64,000 bases of DNA from a virus (lineage: Duplodnaviria; Caudoviricetes): IMG/VR virus record IMGVR_UViG_3300031992_000038, positions 1 to 64,000 of that record, one strand, 5' to 3'. Every line of letters starts with the position of its first letter. The first letter of the stretch is position 1. Positions 16,682-26,693 of the stretch are shown here, piece by piece. The translations under genes and the position numbers were made by a program. The notes beneath the pieces were generated by a model. The model was not told where the DNA came from. It saw only the letters and a list, made by a program, of their open reading frames with translations, and ran no database searches.

Positions 16682-18460
16682 ATGGCATACGAAAGACTTG
16701 GATTCACTCCGTCGCCATATCAGGCGAAAGTTTTCGACTTCGTCAGGCACGGGACCGGCAATGGCGTGATCAGCGCAGTCGCCGGGTCAGGTAAGACAAA
16801 AACAATCGTCAACGCGATGAAACTTGTCCCCAAGACAAAGAAATGTCTCTTCATCGCCTTCAACAACAGTATCGTCGACGAACTTCATGAGAAACTGAAG
16901 TCATATCCGAACTGCGTCGCCAGAACGCTTCACAGCCTTGGGTTCCTGATAATAAGGCGCAACCTCGGTGACGAAATATCCATAGACGAGTTCAAATACC
17001 GCACATTCGTCAAACAGAACGTCAAGGAACTTGTCGGGGACGATGAAACCGCGGAAACGATGTCAAAACCCGAGGTGAACCGGTATGTCGACAACATAAC
17101 CGCACTGATTGACTTCTCACGGTTCAATTGCGCGCAGTCGACAAAGGAGGTGGACTCCATAGCGAAAAAATATGGCGTGCCTATACAGATGAACGAGTGC
17201 GAGGCCACTGTGCGATGCCTTAAGTGGGGGCGCGAGCACACGGACACGATAGATTTCACCGACATGGTGTGGCTGCCGTATGAGTTGTCGCTGAAACCGC
17301 TCGGATGCCAATACGACTGGATATTCGCCGACGAGGTACAGGATTTCTCGCTGTTGTCGGTCGACTTGTTCAAGAGATGCTTCAAGCGGGGCACAAGGTT
17401 CATCGCTGTCGGTGACAAGAATCAGATGATAAACCTTTTTGCCGGAAGTTCCGAAGACGCGTTTGACTCTTTGTGCGAAATGCCGAACACGACCGTGTTC
17501 TCGCTGCCGATAACATACAGATGCGCAAAGAATATCGTGAAAGTCGCACAACGGTTCTCACCGGAAACAGTCGCACGCGACGATGCGCCTGACGGGGAAG
17601 TCGTGGACAATTTTCATATCAAGGACATAAGGAGCGGCGACATGGTGATCGCACGCTCAAAGACACCTCTCATAAAACTCTACACCCGCTTCCTCAAGAT
17701 GGGTGTCCCGTGTTACATAAAGGGGCAGGAGATAGGGCGCGAACTGCTCAATACGGTAGATGCCGTTCCCGAAGAGATTACCGAACTGAACAAGGATCTG
17801 CAGCATGACGGCGTGTTCGTCCGGATGTATGACGCCATGTTCGACATGAGGAACCGGCTGATGGCCAAGTACGGACTTGACTTAAACGACGCCACGCTTT
17901 CGTCATACGTGACAAACATGTATGACACCATCAGTTCGCTTGACACTCTCGCAATCGGATGCAAGACGCGTGCCGATCTCGTGAGACGCGTGACATCACT
18001 GTTTGACGAGGACAACAATGGCGTGTGCCTGTCCACGATACACAAGGCCAAGGGTCTCGAGTCCGAAAGGGTGTTCGTGCTGTGCAACTCGACGCTTCCG
18101 TCAAAGCTGGCGAAAACGGATTGGGAGCGCCTACAAGAGCGGAACCTGCAGTATGTGGCATATACAAGACCGAGGACAGTTCTCGGATACGTCTCGGAGA
18201 AGGAGGTGTCACCGAGCGGTTCACTGCTTGAACCGGAGGGAATACTTAGCGAGGCCAAATACATCGAGAACATGGTCTGCCGGGCACTCGGGAAACAACC
18301 GATGAAGGAAATGGGCGACGGCGAAATGGCAAGGTTCAGGATGGACCGTTCGCAAACAGTCATAAACGACAGAACGATGAAACGGAACACTGCGCCCCTA
18401 AAGACACAAAAGACCGCAGGAACCGACCTGCTCGCCGAACTTGTTGACTGTGACGAATAA
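16682..18460 (+). CDS. UvrD/Rep SF1 helicase
   Basis: AVAGSGKT, ADEVQD, VGDKNQ, TYRC, STIHKAKGLE, YVAYTR. Confidence 0.92.
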   Translation: MAYERLGFTPSPYQAKVFDFVRHGTGNGVISAVAGSGKTKTIVNAMKLVPKTKKCLFIAFNNSIVDELHEKLKSYPNCVARTLHSLGFLIIRRNLGDEISIDEFKYRTFVKQNVKELVGDDETAETMSKPEVNRYVDNITALIDFSRFNCAQSTKEVDSIAKKYGVPIQMNECEATVRCLKWGREHTDTIDFTDMVWLPYELSLKPLGCQYDWIFADEVQDFSLLSVDLFKRCFKRGTRFIAVGDKNQMINLFAGSSEDAFDSLCEMPNTTVFSLPITYRCAKNIVKVAQRFSPETVARDDAPDGEVVDNFHIKDIRSGDMVIARSKTPLIKLYTRFLKMGVPCYIKGQEIGRELLNTVDAVPEEITELNKDLQHDGVFVRMYDAMFDMRNRLMAKYGLDLNDATLSSYVTNMYDTISSLDTLAIGCKTRADLVRRVTSLFDEDNNGVCLSTIHKAKGLESERVFVLCNSTLPSKLAKTDWERLQERNLQYVAYTRPRTVLGYVSEKEVSPSGSLLEPEGILSEAKYIENMVCRALGKQPMKEMGDGEMARFRMDRSQTVINDRTMKRNTAPLKTQKTAGTDLLAELVDCDE

Positions 18461-18494
18461 TTAGGATAAGACAGCAAGAAACACCAGCCAGCAT

Positions 18495-19019
18495 ATGGAG
18501 AATATACGAAGAATCGTTATGGAGGCAGTAAGGCGGGCAATACGCGAAGCCGTCTATGATGTCGGAGACTTCCCGATACACTCGAACGGAGACATAGGAA
18601 GGAACCCACTGACCGTGGACAATGGCGGACACGCGTCGCAAGACAAAATCACACAGGCGTCGACTGTTGACGCGTGGGGTGCGTCGTTCCAACCAAAGGA
18701 GATAAAACATCTCATGCCGAACCAATGGATTATATATAAGGTGAAGAACTTCGGAAATCCGGACATCACCGGAACACGGAGCATCTTTGCCAACGGAAAG
18801 GAGATACGGCGGGCGATAGACCTCGTCAATGGTTCGGCCGGACGCAACGGGCGCGGCGTGACATGGAGGGTTGTCGTGGATGGAGACAAAAGCCGTGAAG
18901 CCCTTATGAGCGGATACATGTCCAACGCGTTCTGGGAGTTCAGCTTGGACGGAGGATACGAGTGGTATATCCTCAAACCGGATCCTGTACAAAGACTTAA
19001 ACAAAGTTCACTGAAATGA
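18495..19019 (+). CDS. Hypothetical protein with leader
   Basis: MENIRRIVMEAVRRAIREA. Confidence 0.75.
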   Translation: MENIRRIVMEAVRRAIREAVYDVGDFPIHSNGDIGRNPLTVDNGGHASQDKITQASTVDAWGASFQPKEIKHLMPNQWIIYKVKNFGNPDITGTRSIFANGKEIRRAIDLVNGSAGRNGRGVTWRVVVDGDKSREALMSGYMSNAFWEFSLDGGYEWYILKPDPVQRLKQSSLK

Positions 19020-19291
19020 CACAAGAAATGATATTGACGGTATTGGCGGTCTTACTCGCATTGTTCTGCATTTACGTCGCCGTGGATGAATACAAATTCT
19101 ACCATGGAAAGCCGGGGCGTTCCATAGAGCAGATACAGACTGAAATAGAGTTTTTGGAGAACGAAATAGAACAGAACAGGAAAAATCCGAGCTACCCGAT
19201 GCAATACGCATATGACGCGCTCGACGCGCTTGCCATCGAACTCAGACGAGCCGAATCATGGAACAAGCGACATCCTGAGGACAAAGTTTGA
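19016..19291 (+). CDS. Small protein with N-terminal TM segment and coiled coil
   Basis: Hydrophobic ILTVLAVLLALFCIYVAV; overlaps the upstream stop. Confidence 0.7.
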   Translation: MTQEMILTVLAVLLALFCIYVAVDEYKFYHGKPGRSIEQIQTEIEFLENEIEQNRKNPSYPMQYAYDALDALAIELRRAESWNKRHPEDKV

Positions 19292-19295
19292 CCGT

Positions 19296-20024
19296 ATGAA
19301 ATACATGGGCAGCAAAAACCGCATTGCGGACGACATATTGTCCGTGATGTTGGAAAATTACAGTGGCGGAAGTTTTGTCGACGCGTTCTGCGGAGGATGC
19401 TCCGTCATACAGAGGGTGCCAGACACTTTCCGACGGATAGCGAACGACAAGAACCGCTACCTTGTCGCGATGTGGAAGGCGTTGCTCGACGGGGAACGGC
19501 TCCCGATATTCATCAGCCGCGAGTTTTACTCGGACGTGCGAAGTGACACCCGGTTGGACGGTGACAAGTACAGTGACGGAATCAGAGGATGGGTCGGGTT
19601 TATGGGGTCGTTCAATGGAAGGTTCTTTGACGGAGGGTACTCCGGACACGCTGTCGAAGGAAAGAACGGTTCAGTCAGGGACTACATCAGTGAGAACATC
19701 AACAATACGCTGTCACAGGTTGAACAACTCAAGGGGGTTGAATTCGTGTGCGGTGACTATTCCGAAATGGACATCCCGGACAATTCACTTATATACTGCG
19801 ACCCTCCATACAAAGGGACAAAACAGTACACGACGTCGAAGAATTTTGACTACGGGAGGTTCTATGAATGGATTCATGAAATGAAAGACAAGGGGCATAC
19901 CGTATTCGTCTCCGAATATCAGATGCCCGATGATTTCACCTGTGTCTGGGAGAAGGGCGTAACAAACGCCATGAACCAGACCATAACCAAAAAGACCGTT
20001 GAGAAACTGTTCGTTCCGGTTTAG
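19296..20024 (+). CDS. DNA adenine methyltransferase (Dam/D12 class)
   Basis: MKYMGSK, DAFCGGCSV, YCDPPY. Confidence 0.9.
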   Translation: MKYMGSKNRIADDILSVMLENYSGGSFVDAFCGGCSVIQRVPDTFRRIANDKNRYLVAMWKALLDGERLPIFISREFYSDVRSDTRLDGDKYSDGIRGWVGFMGSFNGRFFDGGYSGHAVEGKNGSVRDYISENINNTLSQVEQLKGVEFVCGDYSEMDIPDNSLIYCDPPYKGTKQYTTSKNFDYGRFYEWIHEMKDKGHTVFVSEYQMPDDFTCVWEKGVTNAMNQTITKKTVEKLFVPV

Positions 20025-20437
20025 AATGTCTGACAGTCGATGATGTTGCTGTCAAGGTCGTCAATGTTGACCTCAATGCTTTCCTTGTCGTTGTTGCGCA
20101 CAAAACGGACGCCGACATTGTTCCCTTCTTCATCTTTGATTGCCTCGACTGCGGTCAGATAGACGTCATCTATAAGGTCGGTCTTGCCGTCACCGCTCCC
20201 GCCTCCATCGGGGTTTATCGTGCGGTCCCCGACGACCAACTGAAGCGTGTCGTCGTCAACCCGCTGAAGATATATGCTGTCAAGCGCCGCCTGTATGGCC
20301 TCCTTGACCTCCTTGTCGGTCGCAATCCCGCCACCTTGGTCCTCGATAGTTATGATGTCACGGCCGTCGTCGTACGGATAACCTTGCCAATAATACATAC
20401 CGCGGCGCATGCCCTGTTCTTTATTGTATTCGTTCAT
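20021..20437 (-). CDS. Hypothetical acidic protein (probably late/virion)
   Basis: ATG at 20437 with TATTTAT at 20454-20460. Confidence 0.65.
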   Translation of the reverse strand: MNEYNKEQGMRRGMYYWQGYPYDDGRDIITIEDQGGGIATDKEVKEAIQAALDSIYLQRVDDDTLQLVVGDRTINPDGGGSGDGKTDLIDDVYLTAVEAIKDEEGNNVGVRFVRNNDKESIEVNIDDLDSNIIDCQTF

Positions 20438-20641
20438 CGCAGATGCTTTCTTGATAAATATTGTGCTCACTGCACATATTGAAGGCAGAACGGGTGAAGC
20501 AAAAAACAACGAACTACCCTCGTTAATTTTTTTTCACACTATTTATTTTTCGTATGTCGTGAAAATGTCATACCTTTGCAACGCCAACATGAGGTTGGCG
20601 AAGCTATATAAGTTATATTATTAGTTAAAAATTAGACAACT

Positions 20642-20809
20642 ATGAAGAAGATTATGTTTGTAATGATGGCGATCGCAGCACTGTCGTTCGCGTCATGTGG
20701 AAACTGTGACAAGAACGCTTGTGCAAACGACACCACACAGGTCAGCGACACGACCGTTGTTGATAGCGTTAGTGCTGACAGCGTCGTTGTTGACAGCGTG
20801 AAGGCGTAA
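20642..20809 (+). CDS. 55-aa lipoprotein (absent from the ORF track)
   Basis: MKKIMFVMMAIAALSFAS-C lipobox; mature part has five D(S/T)(T/V) motifs; TACCTTTG promoter at 20571. Confidence 0.8.
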   Translation: MKKIMFVMMAIAALSFASCGNCDKNACANDTTQVSDTTVVDSVSADSVVVDSVKA

Positions 20810-20918
20810 GTCGCCATCAAACTGCATGCTTTTCAGCATCTGATAGAATATGGGCGGAAGGAATTCCGTCCATATTTATTTTCAAGACGATGATATAATC
20901 TAAAACAAAATACAAGAC

Positions 20919-21188
20919 ATGAACAAAAGACAAATCCGAAAGATAGTCAATGAGGCCGTTTCGCAGGCACTCAGAGAAGATACTGACGCAAGGAGATATA
21001 ATCAGATGGTGGACGCGTTGCTCAGATGCCTCAGCAAAATCGGCAGACACGCCACGGCCGCCGCTTCAGAGATAGCGAACGGGAACATCAGCAGTCCGAC
21101 TGTCCAAGATATAGCAAGATGCTGCAGGACAGTGTATGAATGCGTCAACGAGATGAACGACATGTACGGAGAACCGGCTGACTATTGA
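20919..21188 (+). CDS. Hypothetical protein with leader
   Basis: MNKRQIRKIVNEAVSQALRE; TATTTAT at 20873. Confidence 0.75.
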   Translation: MNKRQIRKIVNEAVSQALREDTDARRYNQMVDALLRCLSKIGRHATAAASEIANGNISSPTVQDIARCCRTVYECVNEMNDMYGEPADY

Positions 21189-21211
21189 CATTTCTACGGG
21201 CATCAAAAAGT

Positions 21212-21251
21212 ACTGCGGACCGTGATTTTCAAACAAACGACGGTCCGCAGT
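21212..21251. terminator. Bidirectional terminator
   Basis: ACTGCGGACCGT...ACGGTCCGCAGT 12-bp stem flanked by A- and T-runs. Confidence 0.75.
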
Positions 21252-21273
21252 CTATTTTTAACCCAAATTCGCC

Positions 21274-21716
21274 CGCTATTGGGATGTGAAGATGGTAGGT
21301 TAATTTAATTCGTGTATGACAAATTGGTCAATCCCAATAGGATATCCTAATACGTAATAGTAATCATCAGGATACTCATCAGCTAATTCTTCATCGCCCG
21401 CATAAAGTTCGGCAAATCCGTTCTCTTTTGCGTATCTCATGACCTTTTCCAAAGCATCAGAAGCATCATATGCATCGCCTACATAGTATAAAGATGACGA
21501 TAAACTGCCAAAACCTATTTCAACACTATAATCGGCGTCTTCCTTTGACTCACAATCAAGGCAAACAGGTGTATCATACGTAGGAACAGAACTCTCCCTT
21601 AGCACCCTTTTTACTGATTCCCTAATCACTCTATGTAGGTCGCTTTCACTAAGTCTTATTCTTCTCTTCATATTCAGTTTCAATATGTTTGTTTTTTATA
21701 AATAGTCTGTAAATGC
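21274..21716. mobile_element. Remnant of a second IS1595 passenger cassette
   Basis: 21274-21303 encodes RYWDVKMVG*, identical to the transposase C-terminus; same TTAA stop overlap; same ATTTACAG(G/A)CTATTTATAA upstream block. Confidence 0.85.
21300..21671 (-). CDS. Former IS passenger with leader MKRRIRLSESDLHRVIRESVKRVLRES
   Basis: AT-rich; leader homologous to 10863 but cargo domain unrelated. Confidence 0.8.
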   Translation of the reverse strand: MKRRIRLSESDLHRVIRESVKRVLRESSVPTYDTPVCLDCESKEDADYSVEIGFGSLSSSLYYVGDAYDASDALEKVMRYAKENGFAELYAGDEELADEYPDDYYYVLGYPIGIDQFVIHELN

Positions 21717-21721
21717 TGACA

Positions 21722-23569
21722 TCAGCGTCTTCCATAACCGCGTCTGCCCATCTTGTGCCTCTGCACACTTTGCTGTAGCCCGTAACCGTTAGGTTTCAGA
21801 CTGGCGTACAGCAGTATCGGCTTGTCAATCTCAAGGCCCACCGTCGAGAACCGCCCGAAATTATGGCCGTTGTCTATGACGGAGAAGTCTATGTGCCTTG
21901 CCTGTTCCTTGTCGGGCAGGAGGATGTGCCATCCGTTGTTCATGCTGCGGTACTCCCACAGCGGCGTGATTCCGTTTTGTGACAGTATGTCCATGACCTT
22001 GCGGTAGACGCGCTCGTCGTCAGAGTCGATGTCAAGGAAGCACAGTTTCCTCTCCGGCCAGTCCTTCGACTGTCCGGCGGCGACTTCCATCTCGTGTCCC
22101 ATGTAGCGGTAATTCCTGTGCCGCTCGAATCTCGGCCTCAGGACGTTGTTTGCGTAGTCGCTCAGAGAGATGAGCGACCTCTTGTTCGGGTGCATATACG
22201 CCCTTGAGTTCGTCGCCTTGCACACGGATATTATCTCGTCGCGTTTTGACATGAGTTCTTGCGCGTTGTGCACCAGGTAATATGTGATGTATTCGCATGC
22301 ATTGTGGTCGAAGTGAAGGTGCATGTTGTCCTTGTGCCTCTTGATGATCTGCACGAACCACACGTCGTCGTCACCGGACGGGTCGAGAATCTTGGAGCAT
22401 ACGTCGTCGAAGTTGTCTATTGTCACCGTCCCGTCTTGGTCAACGGTCCGGGATTCGTAGATTACCTCGCGCACAATTCTTGACACCGCCTCCTCAAGAG
22501 ACACTTTTTGCGAGTATTCGGCAAAGTCCTTGCATCCGTATTCCTTGATGGAGTCGACGAGTTCGTCAAGGTCTGAGAACAGGCAGAACGGAGAACCGTC
22601 CGTGTCCATGACGTACCCCTTCTCGCTCTCCCCGTCAACCTTGTTCACATTTCCGTAGAAGTCATAACCGCGATAAGTGAAACCGAACGAACCGTCCTCC
22701 GGGTTTATCTGTCCCCTCACTCCGTCGAACCACACTTTCGATATCGGACTCTTGCTTCCGTTGTCGACAATGTTGAACTTCCCGTCTTTCTGCACCATGG
22801 TGAATCCGTTTATGGACTGCAGGACTTGGTCGTACTTGTTGCCGAAGTGGAACTCAACGTCCGCGTGGTCGTTGAGGTAGTCGTACATCTCGCGGTTGAG
22901 CATTTTTCTGAATGTTCGACCTTGGTCGAACGAGACGGCATATGGTATGACCGAACTGAAGTCATATGGCAGAGCACAGTGGCCGTCAAGGTTTCCCTTG
23001 TATATCAGACCCCTTACACCGTGCTGATACAGACTTTTGCCATATTCATTCCATAGCGCCACGGCCGAACCGGCTGTCCTACCATGATAAAGACTGTGTG
23101 TGTGTTGGACACAAAGTTTATACATGCGTGCGGCCATTTTCGGTTCAAAACCAAGTGTTATGAACTGGTCGTATATCTGCCATTTTTGCCCGTATGTCTG
23201 TTTGGCCAAATGTTCGTTGAATATCACGAATCCGTTATACCCGCCAACCAGTTTCATCATCACGATGCAGTCACCGTATATTGGTTTTGACTTGACATTC
23301 TTTATCGAGTCAGCCAAGGTGAAGGTACAGTAAACACCAGGTCCGTATCTGTTTCCGCCTTTTTTGCCTGTGTATGTCCTATTGTATCCGTATTTGAATA
23401 TGCTATCCAACTGTTCCTTGAATGCCACGCGGTAAAGGGTCGGCATGCCTTCCCCACTTTCGATCTCCTCGTATGGCGGGAGATAAGTCGCCTCTTGTTG
23501 CTGCGACTCTTTGATTATCTCCTCATGTATCACGCGCTTAAGGTGCTCAAAGTTCTTTTCCATATTCAT
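21722..23569 (-). CDS. Multi-domain protein: ADP-ribosyltransferase-like N-terminus plus AEP/primase-like C-terminus
   Basis: LYR...IFKYGY...RYGPGVYCT (ART/PARP-like); FLDIDS and SMNNGWHI (AEP-like); leader motifs at the N-terminus and internally. Confidence 0.55.
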   Translation of the reverse strand: MNMEKNFEHLKRVIHEEIIKESQQQEATYLPPYEEIESGEGMPTLYRVAFKEQLDSIFKYGYNRTYTGKKGGNRYGPGVYCTFTLADSIKNVKSKPIYGDCIVMMKLVGGYNGFVIFNEHLAKQTYGQKWQIYDQFITLGFEPKMAARMYKLCVQHTHSLYHGRTAGSAVALWNEYGKSLYQHGVRGLIYKGNLDGHCALPYDFSSVIPYAVSFDQGRTFRKMLNREMYDYLNDHADVEFHFGNKYDQVLQSINGFTMVQKDGKFNIVDNGSKSPISKVWFDGVRGQINPEDGSFGFTYRGYDFYGNVNKVDGESEKGYVMDTDGSPFCLFSDLDELVDSIKEYGCKDFAEYSQKVSLEEAVSRIVREVIYESRTVDQDGTVTIDNFDDVCSKILDPSGDDDVWFVQIIKRHKDNMHLHFDHNACEYITYYLVHNAQELMSKRDEIISVCKATNSRAYMHPNKRSLISLSDYANNVLRPRFERHRNYRYMGHEMEVAAGQSKDWPERKLCFLDIDSDDERVYRKVMDILSQNGITPLWEYRSMNNGWHILLPDKEQARHIDFSVIDNGHNFGRFSTVGLEIDKPILLYASLKPNGYGLQQSVQRHKMGRRGYGRR

Positions 23570-25271
23570 TCCTGATCATATTGAGATAATATTTTTTGAG
23601 CGATATGGAGCGGTCGTCCTTTTCTTCCGACTCGCCCATCATGGCGTTGCTTTCAGTGTCGTCGGGTACGGCGTCATACCTGTTCTTGACCATACTTATG
23701 AACTTTGACAGTGGAAGCGATTGCAAAACACCTTCACTCACGCTTATTCCGCGTCTTGACAATGACTCGTATTTGAACGAGTGCTGCGGATGTGTGGCCT
23801 CTATTATCTTCGGTATGATTATGTCCATCAACGGTATGGTGTTCATCGCGTCTTCTGGCGTGACGACATAAGACCTGTACTTTGACGCAAGATCATAGCG
23901 TGGGGTTGTCAGGCTGATGTCGCATATCTCAAGCACCGCTATCGTGCAGAGTGTCGCGAGTTTTTCCACCAGGTCGTCGCGTATCACGCCCATTTTCGGC
24001 GCTGCCGCTTTCGAGTACTCGTATATCGCCCTGGCAATGAACTCATCATCCGGCAAGTTTTGGAACGGTGTGACGTCTATCCGCACCCCAAGTCTGGACG
24101 GACGGGTGCAAAGCGCCTCCACCGCTTTTCTTCTCCTTGACAGAACACGCATCTCGGATTCCGTGCGCTCCTTTGTGTCCTGACGGTTCAGTGCGTCCAA
24201 CTGGTTTGCGAAATCCGGATTCACGCTTTTTTCATACTCTACGGCGCGGTCGTTCATGCCGTGGCCTGACACGTTGCAGTAAAGACCTATCTCGTTTGTC
24301 CACTCGTCGAGCGCCGGATCCTTAGGCGGAACGGTCTGTGACACGTCGTACATCCTCACCTTTTGGAACTGTACATTCGAGTCTTTGCCGCTTATCCTCG
24401 TCGCCTCAATCCTTACCTTGTTCAGCACCTGTGTCGAGCCCATCGCCTTGACCTCCTTGAAACCCTTGTAACCGCAGGCTTTGGCACCGGCGTCCAGATC
24501 CGCGAATGTGAGGGCGGCCTTGTTCATCGGTTTGAGCACGACTATGGGTTTTGCCCCCGGAGCGACAGTGCGGTTAAAGTGTTCCATCCATGTGTGCTCC
24601 TCGCACACGAAACTCGCCTCCGGGAACTGGTCAAGCACCTCCTTGATGTTGTTCGGTGACAGTATGTGGCCGTACTTGCGCTCACATTCCGGCGTCATCT
24701 GGTACCTAAGCAGTCTTTGGCGCACCTTCGGATCGTTCAGTTTGGTGAGCATCTCCTGCCAGTTCGATATCTTCGCCACCTTAGCGTTCTCGATATCCTC
24801 CGCTGTGGCCGTGCTGTTCACCGCCTTCGGTATGATGTCACAGACATTTTCGATGCTTTTCGGCGTGTACTCGTCGAGCTGTTTTATCGCCTCGCCTATC
24901 TTCGCCATGTAGTTCGGCAGCTCAGATGTCGTCTCCATGTTGACAAGCAGCTCGACACCTCCGTGCTCACCCTTTTTCGCGAACATGAATTGTTTCGGTA
25001 TGGCGCTGTTTATCGCCTGTGCGAGCTTATCCTCAGAACCTCCCCACACATGTGTAAGATACACCTTGATAAATTCCTTTTTCGTGCCGTCCTTCGAGTT
25101 GCCGGTCATTGATATCGAACCGGCGACGGTAAGGCTCCCCCTTTTCTTTGCCGCACCAGTTTCACCGTCACCATCCGACTTCTTCGGCCATCTTTTTTTG
25201 ATTGCCTCAAGGACGGCGGTCCGTATTATACTGTTGAGTCTGCTCTCGGTCAGACGTATCGTACGTTTCAT
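23547..25271 (-). CDS. Leader-bearing protein with ArdC-N-like ssDNA-binding region
   Basis: MKRTIRLTESRLNSII; LSPNN..LDQFPEASFV...W...NRTVAPGAKPIVVLKP...MYDVSQT. Confidence 0.55.
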   Translation of the reverse strand: MKRTIRLTESRLNSIIRTAVLEAIKKRWPKKSDGDGETGAAKKRGSLTVAGSISMTGNSKDGTKKEFIKVYLTHVWGGSEDKLAQAINSAIPKQFMFAKKGEHGGVELLVNMETTSELPNYMAKIGEAIKQLDEYTPKSIENVCDIIPKAVNSTATAEDIENAKVAKISNWQEMLTKLNDPKVRQRLLRYQMTPECERKYGHILSPNNIKEVLDQFPEASFVCEEHTWMEHFNRTVAPGAKPIVVLKPMNKAALTFADLDAGAKACGYKGFKEVKAMGSTQVLNKVRIEATRISGKDSNVQFQKVRMYDVSQTVPPKDPALDEWTNEIGLYCNVSGHGMNDRAVEYEKSVNPDFANQLDALNRQDTKERTESEMRVLSRRRKAVEALCTRPSRLGVRIDVTPFQNLPDDEFIARAIYEYSKAAAPKMGVIRDDLVEKLATLCTIAVLEICDISLTTPRYDLASKYRSYVVTPEDAMNTIPLMDIIIPKIIEATHPQHSFKYESLSRRGISVSEGVLQSLPLSKFISMVKNRYDAVPDDTESNAMMGESEEKDDRSISLKKYYLNMIRNEYGKEL

Positions 25272-25342
25272 TGCGTGTAATTCAGTGTTTTTTCTTAAAT
25301 AGCGCGACGATATTTATCAGGAAAACAAACTTTACGCAAGAA

Positions 25343-26338
25343 ATGGGAAAATATCTGCATTCATTCGGTACAAAATCTGCCCATGACGCAGTCTACAATG
25401 GGGATGAGTATCACGAGCCATGGGTAGCATACATTGAGGTTAATCAACTTGTGACATACAACAAGGTCAAGACCAAAGTCGGAGACATCATTTACTATGA
25501 TGGCACATCACTGAAATTCACGAACAAGGACGAATGGAGCGCGTCGCTCGGTACACCTGTGGCGGTGGTTGTGATACCCGCTTCCCATATGTCTGATGGC
25601 AAGTGCAGGGGCATGTCGCTGTGCAACATGTCGTACAAGACGCCGCAGACTGGCGCGCTCGGCACAGGCAATGCAAATGCGTCAACCAACGGCACGAACC
25701 TGACGTGGGGTGTGGAAGGTACGGATGTCGCTGGTCTGGCGAACTACACCAACGTCAAGACCATTGATGGAACGAACGATTACGGATACTTCCCGAGCGA
25801 CCTGTTTGACGGAGGCTATTATTCTATCGCGACAGACACACAAAAGATTGTTTCGCCGTACAACGGTGATGGAACACAGAACTCAGCATATATCACCGCC
25901 GGTCAGGCTCTCGCCGACATGGACGGCAAGGCGAACACCGAAGTGCTCGTAAACCTGTCAGCAATCAAGGACACCTATTCAAGCGGTGCGTTCGCTAACA
26001 ATACGGCGAACTACCCCGCAGCGTTCGCGTGCAGTTTATTCAGCACTGTCGGCACCTCTCAAGGTGACTGGTACCTACCTGCGATCGGAGAACTCGGTTA
26101 CCTGTACACGAGAGTCGAGAAGATAAATGAATCACTCGATGTGCTCGGAGCATCTTCGGTTCAAGTCGGTACTGTGTTGGACGATGACGATTCATTTGGA
26201 TATTGGTGTTGGTCTTCGTCAGAGTACCTTACAAACTTCGCGTGGCACCTCAGCAACGAGGGATACGTGGGTCTCAGCAATAAGGTCAACAACGGTGACG
26301 ACGGCCGCGTGAGGGCGTTCGCCGCTTTTAACATTTGA
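25343..26338 (+). CDS. DUF1566/C-type-lectin-like protein, putative DGR target 1
   Basis: DWYLPAIGEL and WSSSE...AW...RVRAF; TATTTAT at 25311. Confidence 0.8.
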   Translation: MGKYLHSFGTKSAHDAVYNGDEYHEPWVAYIEVNQLVTYNKVKTKVGDIIYYDGTSLKFTNKDEWSASLGTPVAVVVIPASHMSDGKCRGMSLCNMSYKTPQTGALGTGNANASTNGTNLTWGVEGTDVAGLANYTNVKTIDGTNDYGYFPSDLFDGGYYSIATDTQKIVSPYNGDGTQNSAYITAGQALADMDGKANTEVLVNLSAIKDTYSSGAFANNTANYPAAFACSLFSTVGTSQGDWYLPAIGELGYLYTRVEKINESLDVLGASSVQVGTVLDDDDSFGYWCWSSSEYLTNFAWHLSNEGYVGLSNKVNNGDDGRVRAFAAFNI

Positions 26339-26388
26339 CATCCTATGTGTCGCCTTGATTTGTCGGCACGCACAAAACCAATAAAATG

Positions 26389-26421
26389 AATCCGTCCATG
26401 GTGAATCTACATGGACGGATT
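26389..26421. terminator. Hairpin downstream of target 1 (terminator and/or DGR cis element)
   Basis: AATCCGTCCATG / CATGGACGGATT 12-bp stem. Confidence 0.7.
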
Positions 26422-26442
26422 TTCTTGTTAAAGAACGCAATG

Positions 26443-26664
26443 TCAGCAGTTCGGGCACTTGATGCCGCAAACGTGCCTCAGCTGTGGTGTGGGTGGCATC
26501 TCTTGCGAGAAGAACGCCCATCTGTCAGTTCCGCTGAACTCGCCCTGGGCAGCTTTGTTCCATTCGGCGCAACGCTGCTCCGGTATTGATATCAGACGCC
26601 TCTGCTCGGGTATGCCCCAGTTGAATGGGTTCTGCTTGTTGTGTGTGAATGTTATTTCGCTCAT
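26443..26664 (-). CDS. Small hypothetical protein
   Basis: 73-aa ORF, ATG start, IPEQR duplicated, C-terminal CxxxCxxC. Confidence 0.55.
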   Translation of the reverse strand: MSEITFTHNKQNPFNWGIPEQRRLISIPEQRCAEWNKAAQGEFSGTDRWAFFSQEMPPTPQLRHVCGIKCPNC

Positions 26665-26693
26665 GATATTTCTTTTGTAGGTTATTGTCTTAT

